DNA of 35,644 nucleotides from Chitinophagaceae bacterium (GCA_031415255.1 JANORJ010000155.1:1-35644); one strand, 5' to 3'; positions 8,740 through 19,005 are shown, counted from the first letter of the stretch. Made by a program: numbers and translations. The notes: a model not told the origin generated them from the letters alone.

Positions 8740-10395
8740 TTACAATAACATCGTTATTGGGTTTTCTAAATACTTTTTGAATGTTTGCAGGAAGGCTGCA
8801 GCAGTAGCTCCATCCACACTGCGATGATCACAACTCAGAGTTATCTTCATAACATTACTAACACCAAAGCTGTCACCTTTTTTTACCACCACTTCTTTTA
8901 TTCTTCCCACTGCCATAATGCAGCTATCAGGAGGATTAATGATAGCAGTAAATTCATCAATATCCATCATGCCGAGATTGGAAATAGTAAATGTGTTGCC
9001 GCTAAATTCATTCGGCTGTAATTTTTTATTCTTTGCTTTACCCGCTAGTTCTTTGCTTTCTGCCGCAATCTGTGGCAATGTTTTTTGGTCAGCAAAACGA
9101 ACCACCGGAACAATCAATCCATCTTCGATGGCTACCGCAATACCAATATGCACATGGCTATAACGTCTAATTTTGTCTCCCATCCACGAAGCATTTACCG
9201 CAGGGTGTTGACAAAGTGCTAAAGCAGCAGCTTTCACCGTTAAATCATTAAAGCTGATTTTCGCCGGGCTTACTTCATTCAGTTGTACTCTAGCAGTCAT
9301 AGCATTATCCATGTTTATTTCCATGGTAAGATAGAAATGCGGGGCACTGAATTTACTTTCACTTAAACGTTTTGCAATAACATTACGAATTTGTGAATTT
9401 GGGATATCAGTAAATCCTTCTTGTCCAGCAGGAAATGATGGTATAGGCGCAGCTGCAGTTTTCGCTGCAGGTTGTAGATTGCTTACTGCTGACTGTTGTT
9501 TATAATTATCTATATCTGCTTTAATAATTCTTCCACCATCACCTGAGCCACTGATGGCTTTTATATCTATTCCCTTTTCTGTAGCCAATTTTTTTGCTAA
9601 TGGCGATGCCTTTACTCTGCCATCATTCGAAGAAGAGGCAGCAACTGTTTGAACTGATTCTTTCACAGACTCAACAGAAACTGTAGAACTTTCAGTTGCT
9701 GATTGCAGACTGCCAGCTGTCGACTGTGAACTTACTCCGCCTTTTGCAGCAGCAACAATTGCATCAACATCTACTTTACCTTTTTCACCAATAATGCAAA
9801 GCAACCCGTTCACCGTAATTTTTTCACCTTTCTGCGCACCTATATGTAACAATATTCCGTTTTTATAACTCTCCAATTCCATGGTGGCTTTGTCAGTTTC
9901 AATTTCTGCAAGCACTTCACCTTTCTTTACTGCATCGCCAACATTTTTATGCCAAGCTGCTATCACACCTTCTTCCATGGTGTCGCTGAGTCTTGGCATC
10001 AGCACCACTTCTCCCATTTTAGAAATATCGAGAGTAAAGGTTGCCGGTTGCTGGTTACCAGTTGCCGGTTGTTCTACCGGGGCTGTTTCTTGTTTCTTGT
10101 CACTTGTACCTTGAGCCTTATCGGTTCCGCCTTTTATTAATGATGAAATATCCTCTCCTGCTTTACCAACAATGGCAAGCAAATCATCTACCTGGATCTT
10201 TACACCTTTATCACCACCCGTATGCAAAAGAATGCCATCTTTATAGCTCTCCAGTTCCATAGTAGCTTTATCAGTTTCTATCTCTGCAAGAAGGTCACCT
10301 TTTTTTACTGTATCTCCAACTTTTTTATGCCATGCAGCTATTACACCTTCTGTCATGGTGTCGCTGAGCCGGGGCATTAATATCACTTCGGCCAT
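8740..10395 (-). CDS. pdhC: Pyruvate dehydrogenase E2 dihydrolipoamide acetyltransferase, two lipoyl domains
   Basis: Two EIETDKATME lipoyl motifs, KASPLAKKLA E3-binding domain, catalytic DHRSVDG. Confidence 0.95.
   Translation of the reverse strand: MAEVILMPRLSDTMTEGVIAAWHKKVGDTVKKGDLLAEIETDKATMELESYKDGILLHTGGDKGVKIQVDDLLAIVGKAGEDISSLIKGGTDKAQGTSDKKQETAPVEQPATGNQQPATFTLDISKMGEVVLMPRLSDTMEEGVIAAWHKNVGDAVKKGEVLAEIETDKATMELESYKNGILLHIGAQKGEKITVNGLLCIIGEKGKVDVDAIVAAAKGGVSSQSTAGSLQSATESSTVSVESVKESVQTVAASSSNDGRVKASPLAKKLATEKGIDIKAISGSGDGGRIIKADIDNYKQQSAVSNLQPAAKTAAAPIPSFPAGQEGFTDIPNSQIRNVIAKRLSESKFSAPHFYLTMEINMDNAMTARVQLNEVSPAKISFNDLTVKAAALALCQHPAVNASWMGDKIRRYSHVHIGIAVAIEDGLIVPVVRFADQKTLPQIAAESKELAGKAKNKKLQPNEFSGNTFTISNLGMMDIDEFTAIINPPDSCIMAVGRIKEVVVKKGDSFGVSNVMKITLSCDHRSVDGATAAAFLQTFKKYLENPITMLL
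9463..10124. repeat. Four degenerate 7-bp tandem arrays in E2 linkers (9463-9497, 9694-9728, 10039-10073, 10083-10124)
   Basis: For example ggttgcc ggttgct ggttacc agttgcc ggttgtt; ctgtttc ttgtttc ttgtcac ttgtacc ttgagcc. Confidence 0.7.
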
Positions 10396-10464
10396 TGCCT
10401 TTTAATTTTGGTCGAAATTAAGGTAAAATGATGAACGGTCAAAGGTGAATAGGGCATTCCCAAA

Positions 10465-12285
10465 CTAATAATCAAGCTCCAGTTTCAGGCGGTCTTTCAA
10501 TTCTTTTACCAACGGGAACTCCTCCACCATCTTTTGAAACTGTTCTTTTGAATTGAGCGGAATTTCAATTACCGGACGGTCTTCAGCTTTTTCTTCAATC
10601 AATACATTGAATTGTAACATCCGGTTTTGAAGCTGCTCTTGTAAAAAAGCAAATAGCTTATTTCTTTCCTGCTCAATAAATTTTTGTTCAATATTATTAG
10701 ACGCTACTGCTTCAAAAGAGTTTTCATCTTTTATTCGCAAAGCTGCCATTTGAAAAGGCTGGGCGGCAGGATTTTTAGCTTCTTTTAGTTTTAGTATATA
10801 TTCAGCCCATGTTTTTTTTAGTTCTTCCAGTTCTAATGGACGATTGATATTGTCATTTCCTTTGTTACTATTTCCCTGGTATTGTTTACGGATTTTGTCG
10901 AGAGCAGAGATTTTGGTTGTTTCGGGTTTTTTGCTTGCCTGACCGGTAGATAGGTTTTGATTTGGTGGCTCGTTGTACACTGCATTTTCTTCTGCAAACG
11001 ATATTTTTTCCAACGCAGGTGTTTCAATAATCAGTTTAGCTTCCTCAGATTTTCGTGGAGTTGTAGCTGACCGCTCACTGCCAACTGTCTCCCTAACTCC
11101 AAACGGTGTAATATTCCGAAAAGCTATTGATTTTGCTGCGTCAACTACTTTTTTTTTACCAATAGCATTTCCTTCTGTCGATAGTTGGATGGCTTGTTGC
11201 AAATAACAGAGTTTGATAAGTGCTAATTCAACATGCAGCCGTTTATTTCTTGCTGCTTTGTAAGTTATTTCAGCATCACTTAAAATATTTAATGCACTGA
11301 TAAGAAGAGCAGGGGAAACACCTTGGGCTGTTGAAATATATTTTTCTTTAAAACTTTCCACTACATCCAGCAGCACTGCAGCTTTCTCGTCTTTACACAC
11401 CAGCAGGTTTCGGATAAATTCTGCAAAACCATTTACTACTAAATCGCCTTCAAATCCTTTACGGTTTATATCATCGTATTGCAACATGGCACCGGCCAAA
11501 TCCTGTTGTTGCATACATTCTAATAATTTGAAATAACAATCAGCATCAAGAATATTAAGATGTTCTAATGTGGTGGCATAATTCAGTTCGCCATTGGTAA
11601 AACTTACAATTTTGTCCAGAATACTTAGTGCATCCCGCATACAGCCTTCACTTTTCTGCGCTATCACTTGTAGCGATGCTTTGTCGGATTTTATTTCTTC
11701 TTTCTTACAAATTTCTTCGAGGTGATGAACTGTATCGTTGGTTGTGATGCGTTTGAAATCAAAAATCTGGCAACGGCTGAGAATAGTAGGAAGAATTTTA
11801 TGTTTTTCTGTGGTGGCTAAAATGAAAATAGCATAAGGCGGTGGCTCTTCCAGTGTTTTTAAAAATGCATTGAAGGCAGAGGAACTTAACATGTGTACCT
11901 CATCTATTACATACACTTTGTACCGTCCAGTTTGCGGAACGAAGCGAACCTGCGTTACTAATTCTCTTATATCATCTACGGAATTATTTGAAGCACCATC
12001 GAGTTCAAAATAATTCATGGAAGCTCCGTCATTGAAAGAAGTGCAGCTCTGGCATTTGTCGCAGGCTTCACCGTCTTTTGTTTGATTCTCGCAGTTAATT
12101 GTTTTGGCTAAAATTCTTGCACAGGTTGTTTTACCTACACCTCTAGGTCCGCAAAATAAAAAGGCATGAGCCAATTGCTGATGTTTAATAGCATTGCGAA
12201 GCGTAGTAGTAATATGCGATTGCCCTACGACTGTGTCGAAAGTTTGTGGCCTGTATTTCCGTGCCGAAACAATAAATTTTTCCAT
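10465..12285 (-). CDS. dnaX: DNA polymerase III subunit tau/gamma
   Basis: ARKYRP, GPRGVGKTT Walker A, Zn-binding Cys cluster, IDEVHML, SRC motif. Confidence 0.97.
   Translation of the reverse strand: MEKFIVSARKYRPQTFDTVVGQSHITTTLRNAIKHQQLAHAFLFCGPRGVGKTTCARILAKTINCENQTKDGEACDKCQSCTSFNDGASMNYFELDGASNNSVDDIRELVTQVRFVPQTGRYKVYVIDEVHMLSSSAFNAFLKTLEEPPPYAIFILATTEKHKILPTILSRCQIFDFKRITTNDTVHHLEEICKKEEIKSDKASLQVIAQKSEGCMRDALSILDKIVSFTNGELNYATTLEHLNILDADCYFKLLECMQQQDLAGAMLQYDDINRKGFEGDLVVNGFAEFIRNLLVCKDEKAAVLLDVVESFKEKYISTAQGVSPALLISALNILSDAEITYKAARNKRLHVELALIKLCYLQQAIQLSTEGNAIGKKKVVDAAKSIAFRNITPFGVRETVGSERSATTPRKSEEAKLIIETPALEKISFAEENAVYNEPPNQNLSTGQASKKPETTKISALDKIRKQYQGNSNKGNDNINRPLELEELKKTWAEYILKLKEAKNPAAQPFQMAALRIKDENSFEAVASNNIEQKFIEQERNKLFAFLQEQLQNRMLQFNVLIEEKAEDRPVIEIPLNSKEQFQKMVEEFPLVKELKDRLKLELDY
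11149..11157 (-). other. A9 slippery run in dnaX (candidate recoding site)
   Basis: GGT AAA AAA AAA GTA GTT GAC; both shifted frames stop within 0-2 codons. Confidence 0.7.
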
Positions 12286-12392
12286 ACTGCCTGCAATTTA
12301 AGCAACCCCAAACTTGTATAGCTAAAAGACATTTCAATGTTGATAAATCATAGCCCCCCTTTTCAGCAGGATGCTGCGCTCGGGGATGGGGG

Positions 12393-13559
12393 TTAATGTA
12401 AAACCGGATGCGGTTTGTATTCCTTTGTTCTATCGAATAAATACCGGTAAGTGGTCAGCGTTCTGGTACGAAATGTGTCGGCAATATTTTCCACCACATT
12501 CATCATTTTTGGGTTGAATTCACCAATCCATTGCATTTCATATTCATCGTATTTTTTAAGTGGTTGAATCACCATTTTAATTTCATTGATGATGTATGCA
12601 TCCACTCCCATACCCTGAAATTCTGGCACCACACCAAATACCAAACCTGTAAACCGCCTGTTTTTCCGTGTTTTTTTAATCCAGAGAAATTTTAGTTTGT
12701 GCCACAGGTCAAACTTGCCTTTCAGGTGTTTAAACCACTGGTTGAGGTCGGGGAGGTTTACGAAAATGGCAATTGGGTCATTATTATGATATGCGAATAA
12801 GATGAGTTCTTCCTCCATCACCGGTTTCATTTTTTTGAACATCATCAGCACCTGGTCTTTTTTCAATTCTTTTAAGCCGCCATGCCCTGCCCATGCTTTA
12901 TTGTAAACGATAACAAAATCGTTTGCAAATTTCTCCAGGTTGTTTTTATTAATGATGCTGGAGCTATAGGCCGGGTTTTGTGTTAGCTGCGCATGCCGGT
13001 CTAATATTTTCTGGCTCATTTCTTTGGTGGGGTCAAGACCAAAACAAACCTGATTGTAATAATTTTTGAAACCATAATTTTCGAACAAACTCTGGTAATA
13101 AGGATTATTATAATTTAAACAATAGGGTGGTGGTTGAAAGCCTTCTACCAATAAACCCCACCATCTGTCCCTTTCGCCAAAGTTGATAGGGCCATCCATT
13201 GCCTCCATACCTTTTTGCATCAACCAATGTTTGGCTACATCAAAAAGCATATCGGCAGCGGTTTGATCATTGATGCAATCAAAAAAACCAATACCACCAA
13301 CAGGTACATCATCCCCTTTGTTCTTATATTTTTTATTAGTAAAGGCAGCAATGCGGCCAATCATCTTTCCACTGTCGTCTTTTAATATCCATCTTACAGC
13401 TTCGCCAAACCGGAAGGCTTTATTTTTTTTTGGGTCAAACACTTCATGTACATCTTTCTCCAATGGATAGATATAGTTGGGGTTGTCCTTGTGAATAAGG
13501 TTATTTACCCGGATAAAATCTTTGGCCTGTTGTATCGTGTTGACTTCTAAGAGTTGCAT
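12393..13559 (-). CDS. Tandem-GNAT acyltransferase (YghO-like / bacterial ceramide synthase-like)
   Basis: GRIAAF, GFFDCIND, GPINF, GLLVEGF, YN.PYY and C-terminal acyl-CoA motif GVVPEFQGMG. Confidence 0.7.
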   Translation of the reverse strand: MQLLEVNTIQQAKDFIRVNNLIHKDNPNYIYPLEKDVHEVFDPKKNKAFRFGEAVRWILKDDSGKMIGRIAAFTNKKYKNKGDDVPVGGIGFFDCINDQTAADMLFDVAKHWLMQKGMEAMDGPINFGERDRWWGLLVEGFQPPPYCLNYNNPYYQSLFENYGFKNYYNQVCFGLDPTKEMSQKILDRHAQLTQNPAYSSSIINKNNLEKFANDFVIVYNKAWAGHGGLKELKKDQVLMMFKKMKPVMEEELILFAYHNNDPIAIFVNLPDLNQWFKHLKGKFDLWHKLKFLWIKKTRKNRRFTGLVFGVVPEFQGMGVDAYIINEIKMVIQPLKKYDEYEMQWIGEFNPKMMNVVENIADTFRTRTLTTYRYLFDRTKEYKPHPVLH

Positions 13560-13575
13560 AATTATATAGATGAAG

Positions 13576-13583
13576 CAAATATA
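13576..13583 (-). promoter_or_regulatory. Bacteroidota -7 promoter element (TATATTTG)
   Basis: Exact TAnnTTTG 16 nt upstream of the GNAT ATG. Confidence 0.6.
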
Positions 13584-13718
13584 AGAAAGGTCGTTAACCT
13601 GCTAAAGCTGGTTTTTTATTAGTACCCTAACGGCTTATTATGGTTCAGATGTAAAAGTTGGCAAAAATTATTAACGTTTTATAAAAACAATAATAAACAA
13701 GTAAAGCGTTTTGTTCAT

Positions 13719-14810
13719 ATGAAAAAAACCGCCACCACCCTCGCTTTAATCATAACCTGTTTCAATTTATTTTCACAGAATGCTAATTCTTATACCGCTT
13801 TTATACAGCAGGACACTGGCATTCAATGGGCTGCCGAATGTGATAAAGTAATTAACCTGACACCCAAAGTGCAAGCCTATAGTTTAAAGAAATGGTATCT
13901 CGATAGAATTAACAAAGGGACTGTTGTGGCGTATAAAATGAATGATGAAAGAGATGCGATTTCATCTTACCCATTATCAATGCCGGCACTTGCAACACAG
14001 GACTGGCTAAAAGGATTAAACATTGAAATACCTCCTTACAAAAATCCAAAGGAGTGGTATTTCTATGATAAAAATATTCCGAAAGAAAATTATGAACGTT
14101 ACAAATACCGAGTAGGCGGGGACAAATTTTCTACTGACACATGTTGTGGTTGTGATGATGCAGATGCTTTCCGCACAAAACAAATTTTAAACTACAAGAA
14201 TGGAAAATTTAGTATCTACAATGTTTTTATTTCACCGCTCTGTGCAAGGCAACTTACCTTCGATGTGACTTCGGCGGGCAATTCAGGCACTATTCCCATT
14301 GGATGGTTTCCCTTGTGCAATGTAGCTTACAATGACAAGGCGGATAGAAAATTTCCGGGGTTAAGTAAAGAGGTGGTATTGCTTAATACTGATGAAGTTG
14401 ATTATGAGTTCAGCCGGGAATATCCATCCCTTTTCGATTCTGTACTTACTATTCATCACACCGATATTGGAAGTTTAATTTATCAGGATGTATTAAAAGG
14501 ACGGATCAAAGCAATTGATATTGAAACCAACAAACCGATAACAGCAAATAAATTTTTGACATGGCAAATAACGGCTGACACCATGGCTGTATATGATGTT
14601 AATGACCCATCAAAAATTACTGCGTACAGTGTTGTTCAGGCAGAAAGAAGCTCAAATGAATTCAGTCGCCTTCGCATCAAACAGGATATTTATTTCGACT
14701 TTAAAAATGAACGGCTTTATTCGGTGATAAGGTCTGTTGTAATTTTGTTGGCAGTAAAAACGTATGATGGAACGATAAGAGGGTATGCTCAGTTTTGTCG
14801 GTTGGAGTAA
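13719..14810 (+). CDS. Exported hypothetical protein, GldN/PorN-like
   Basis: Signal peptide ending LFS-Q; RIKQDIYFDFKNERLYSVIRSV resembles the GldN RIKEDWYFD motif. Confidence 0.6.
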   Translation: MKKTATTLALIITCFNLFSQNANSYTAFIQQDTGIQWAAECDKVINLTPKVQAYSLKKWYLDRINKGTVVAYKMNDERDAISSYPLSMPALATQDWLKGLNIEIPPYKNPKEWYFYDKNIPKENYERYKYRVGGDKFSTDTCCGCDDADAFRTKQILNYKNGKFSIYNVFISPLCARQLTFDVTSAGNSGTIPIGWFPLCNVAYNDKADRKFPGLSKEVVLLNTDEVDYEFSREYPSLFDSVLTIHHTDIGSLIYQDVLKGRIKAIDIETNKPITANKFLTWQITADTMAVYDVNDPSKITAYSVVQAERSSNEFSRLRIKQDIYFDFKNERLYSVIRSVVILLAVKTYDGTIRGYAQFCRLE

Positions 14811-14917
14811 CTAGCCTGAAATAGGACTCAAAAACCTGTGTTCTGCCGCCTGTATATCAGTTTTCCCCACTCTATAAAAAGCCTCTTTTTTGAATTGGCA
14901 AATTACCTCCACCCCCT

Positions 14918-14925
14918 TACCTTTG
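14918..14925 (+). promoter_or_regulatory. -7 promoter element (TACCTTTG) of atpDC
   Basis: Exact TAnnTTTG with TTG about 20 nt upstream. Confidence 0.65.
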
Positions 14926-14952
14926 CCGCCTGAAAACAAACCACTCTTCTAA

Positions 14953-16458
<1,506 letters not shown>

Positions 16459-16459
16459 T

Positions 16460-16540
16460 AATTAGCTAATTAGCAAATGTGCTGATGTGCTGATTCGGAA
16501 TATCATCGGCACATTATCACATCGGCACATTATCACATTT
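16460..16540. repeat. Inverted array of 8-bp repeats between atpD and atpC
   Basis: aattagct aattagca aatgtgct gatgtgct ... atcggcac attatcac atcggcac attatcac. Confidence 0.75.
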
Positions 16541-16545
16541 GGTTT

Positions 16546-16803
16546 ATGAATCTTGAAATTTTAACACCCGAAAAAAAATTATATAGCGGTACTGTCTATG
16601 GCGTACAAATGCCAGGTATCAGTGGTTCATTTGAAGTGCTGGAAAAACATGCTCCGTTGGTAAGTGCTTTAAAGGCCGGACGGATAAAAGTGCTGAAGGA
16701 CAAGCAAAATCATTTTGAGTATTATGATATTCAAGGTGGGTTTGTAGAAGTGCTAAATAATAAAGTGACGTTGCTGGTAGAAGGTGCAACGGCGGTAGAA
16801 TAA
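16546..16803 (+). CDS. atpC: F1 ATP synthase epsilon subunit (short, beta-sandwich only)
   Basis: LEILTPE, PG..G.F.VL..HAP, GGFVEV; follows atpD. Confidence 0.95.
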   Translation: MNLEILTPEKKLYSGTVYGVQMPGISGSFEVLEKHAPLVSALKAGRIKVLKDKQNHFEYYDIQGGFVEVLNNKVTLLVEGATAVE

Positions 16804-16848
16804 ATAGATTGGAAAAACCCCTCATCCGGGATTTTGAAAACAACTTAT

Positions 16849-16881
16849 AGCCCTCCCATTAATCGGGGAGGGCTTTTTATT
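16849..16881 (+). terminator. Intrinsic terminator of atpDC
   Basis: AGCCCTCCC-attaatcg-GGGAGGGCT followed by TTTTATT. Confidence 0.85.
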
Positions 16882-17043
16882 GCACCAAGTGGCCTTCTAC
16901 TACAAAAAGTATTTTACCTATGCGCCGCCGTATCTCTGCGTTTGTATTATTTTCTAACAAAAAGCCAATCCTTTTATCCTTCGGGTTATTTATACTTTTA
17001 TGAAATACCTTTAACCATTGCATCTCACCACGAAGGTTACTGT

Positions 17044-18993
17044 ATGAAGAATTCGCTGATTTACTGTTTTGTGTTTTTTCTGATGACCGGTTGCAAAGCT
17101 CAACCACAACCCGGTTGTGAGTACAAAGGCGGTGGCGCCAATTATGTTTCCCGGATTGGCTGCTTAGCAGATTTTAACTACATAAAAGGAAGACCGCTAA
17201 CGGAAAAATTCGGCCGAGCAGAATCTATTAAAATTGTCTATCACATTGGCGATAAAAAAGTATATTTTACTAATGCAGAACGGTTTCCTTTTCATTATGA
17301 ATTTTGTACCAAAGTGCTATCCGAAGAAGACGATCTGTCACAGTTCAATAACAAAAACTATAAGGTCGATTTAAACAGAGAATATATTCTTTCCAACCTC
17401 AATTACTATTCTCACCTGGATGTCTATGCATTGGAGCTGATGCCTGAAGACGATACAAAAGCAGAAGATATTTATGATTTGTATAAAAAGATAGCTTCCT
17501 TAACTTATTTCTCAGATAAAATAAAACTGCTGGTCTCATCACCGGAGATGGAAAAAAAATATGCTGTCATTCCATCCTTACCGATTGTTTTGTCTGATGA
17601 TATTTACAAAGGCCGTCAATATGTTTCTTTAAATAAAGGCGGAACGTTCGGCTATTTAAGAAAAGTTGATAGTAAAGAATTTGATAAATATAATTTTGAT
17701 AAACATGATATTGTTATTTTAAATGGCTTGCCCAATCAATTGCCGGTGGTTTCAGGTGTATTGACTGTTCCTTTTCAAACACCACTTTGCCATATCAGTT
17801 TATTATGTCAGAACAGAGGTACTCCCAACGCCACTTATCGCAACGCCTGGACAGATAATAATTTATTGAAGCTGGAAAATAAATTAGTTTATTATGAAGT
17901 GGGAGCGGACACTTTTTTAATTCGCAGTGCTGGTGAGGCAGAAGCAGAAGCTTATTGGAAGAAAGTAGAAAACCGTAAACCAATTCAATTAGCTGTAGAT
18001 ACAAGTAAACAGCAGTTGATGAATATGCAAGACCTTAGTTTTAAAAATGTATCGTTGGTGGGTGGCAAGGCCGCCAACTTTGCCGAGCTTTCAAAAATAA
18101 GGGTAGATAAAAAACCATTGCCAATACCAGAAGGTGCATTCGCCATCCCTTTCTATTATTATTACCAGCATCTTGAAAGTAATAATATTATTGCGTCGCT
18201 TGATTCAGTATTGAATAACTCGAACATATTGAATGGTGCAAAAATATTGGACAGCAAACTAAAACTAATAAGGGCTGCTATAAAGGACGCACCGTTAAAT
18301 AAAGAATTTCTGAATGCTGTAACTAAGCGATTACAATCAAATGGAAATGAGTTTGTCAATTACCGTTTCCGATCTTCTACCAATGCAGAAGATGTAAAAG
18401 GATTTAATGGTGCCGGTTTATATGATTCAAAAACCGGAAGCCTTACGGATATTAACAAGACTATTGAAAAAGCCATCAAAGCAGTGTGGGCAAGCCTTTG
18501 GGATGAAAGAGCATTTGCAGAGCGACAGTATTTTAAAATTGACCAACATTCAGTAGCTATGGGCATTTTAGTTCACCGGGCCTTTGGTGAAGAGTTGTCA
18601 AATGGTGTTGCTGTCACCAAACATCTGTACCGGGAAAATTATCCTGCCTACACTATTAATGTGCAGGTGGGTGAAATAAGTGTGGTAACTCCACCAGACA
18701 GTGTAACCTGCGATGAAGCAATCATTGGTTTAGGAGAAGTAACAGGTAGTAAAAATGTGGAAGTTGAATATATTGGCCGCAGTAGCCTGAGCAAGGATAA
18801 AGCTGTTTTAACAATCGGGCAAATTGCATTACTGTCCAGGTATCTTACTGCCATCAAAGAACACTTTTTTTATAAAGTGGAAAAAGGAAATGCTAAAGGG
18901 GTTACTGATTTCTGGAATTACGGATTGGATGTTGAATTTAAAATTGATGCACACACCGGCAATTTATATATCAAGCAAGCAAGGAGTTTATAG
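17044..18993 (+). CDS. Predicted lipoprotein with phospho-His-like domain and C-terminal PPDK/PEP-synthase-type ATP-grasp domain
   Basis: Lipobox LMTG-C17; GVLT...TPLCH..L...RGTP; VGGKAAN, RSSTNAED..GFNGAGLYDS, VWASLW.ERA, DVEF...LYIKQAR. Confidence 0.85.
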   Translation: MKNSLIYCFVFFLMTGCKAQPQPGCEYKGGGANYVSRIGCLADFNYIKGRPLTEKFGRAESIKIVYHIGDKKVYFTNAERFPFHYEFCTKVLSEEDDLSQFNNKNYKVDLNREYILSNLNYYSHLDVYALELMPEDDTKAEDIYDLYKKIASLTYFSDKIKLLVSSPEMEKKYAVIPSLPIVLSDDIYKGRQYVSLNKGGTFGYLRKVDSKEFDKYNFDKHDIVILNGLPNQLPVVSGVLTVPFQTPLCHISLLCQNRGTPNATYRNAWTDNNLLKLENKLVYYEVGADTFLIRSAGEAEAEAYWKKVENRKPIQLAVDTSKQQLMNMQDLSFKNVSLVGGKAANFAELSKIRVDKKPLPIPEGAFAIPFYYYYQHLESNNIIASLDSVLNNSNILNGAKILDSKLKLIRAAIKDAPLNKEFLNAVTKRLQSNGNEFVNYRFRSSTNAEDVKGFNGAGLYDSKTGSLTDINKTIEKAIKAVWASLWDERAFAERQYFKIDQHSVAMGILVHRAFGEELSNGVAVTKHLYRENYPAYTINVQVGEISVVTPPDSVTCDEAIIGLGEVTGSKNVEVEYIGRSSLSKDKAVLTIGQIALLSRYLTAIKEHFFYKVEKGNAKGVTDFWNYGLDVEFKIDAHTGNLYIKQARSL

Positions 18994-19005
18994 TTCTGTT
19001 GATTA

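Noticed and set aside
16834-17043. 70-codon N-terminal extension of the dikinase ORF
   Set aside because: It runs through the atpDC terminator, and the lipoprotein signal begins at ATG 17044.
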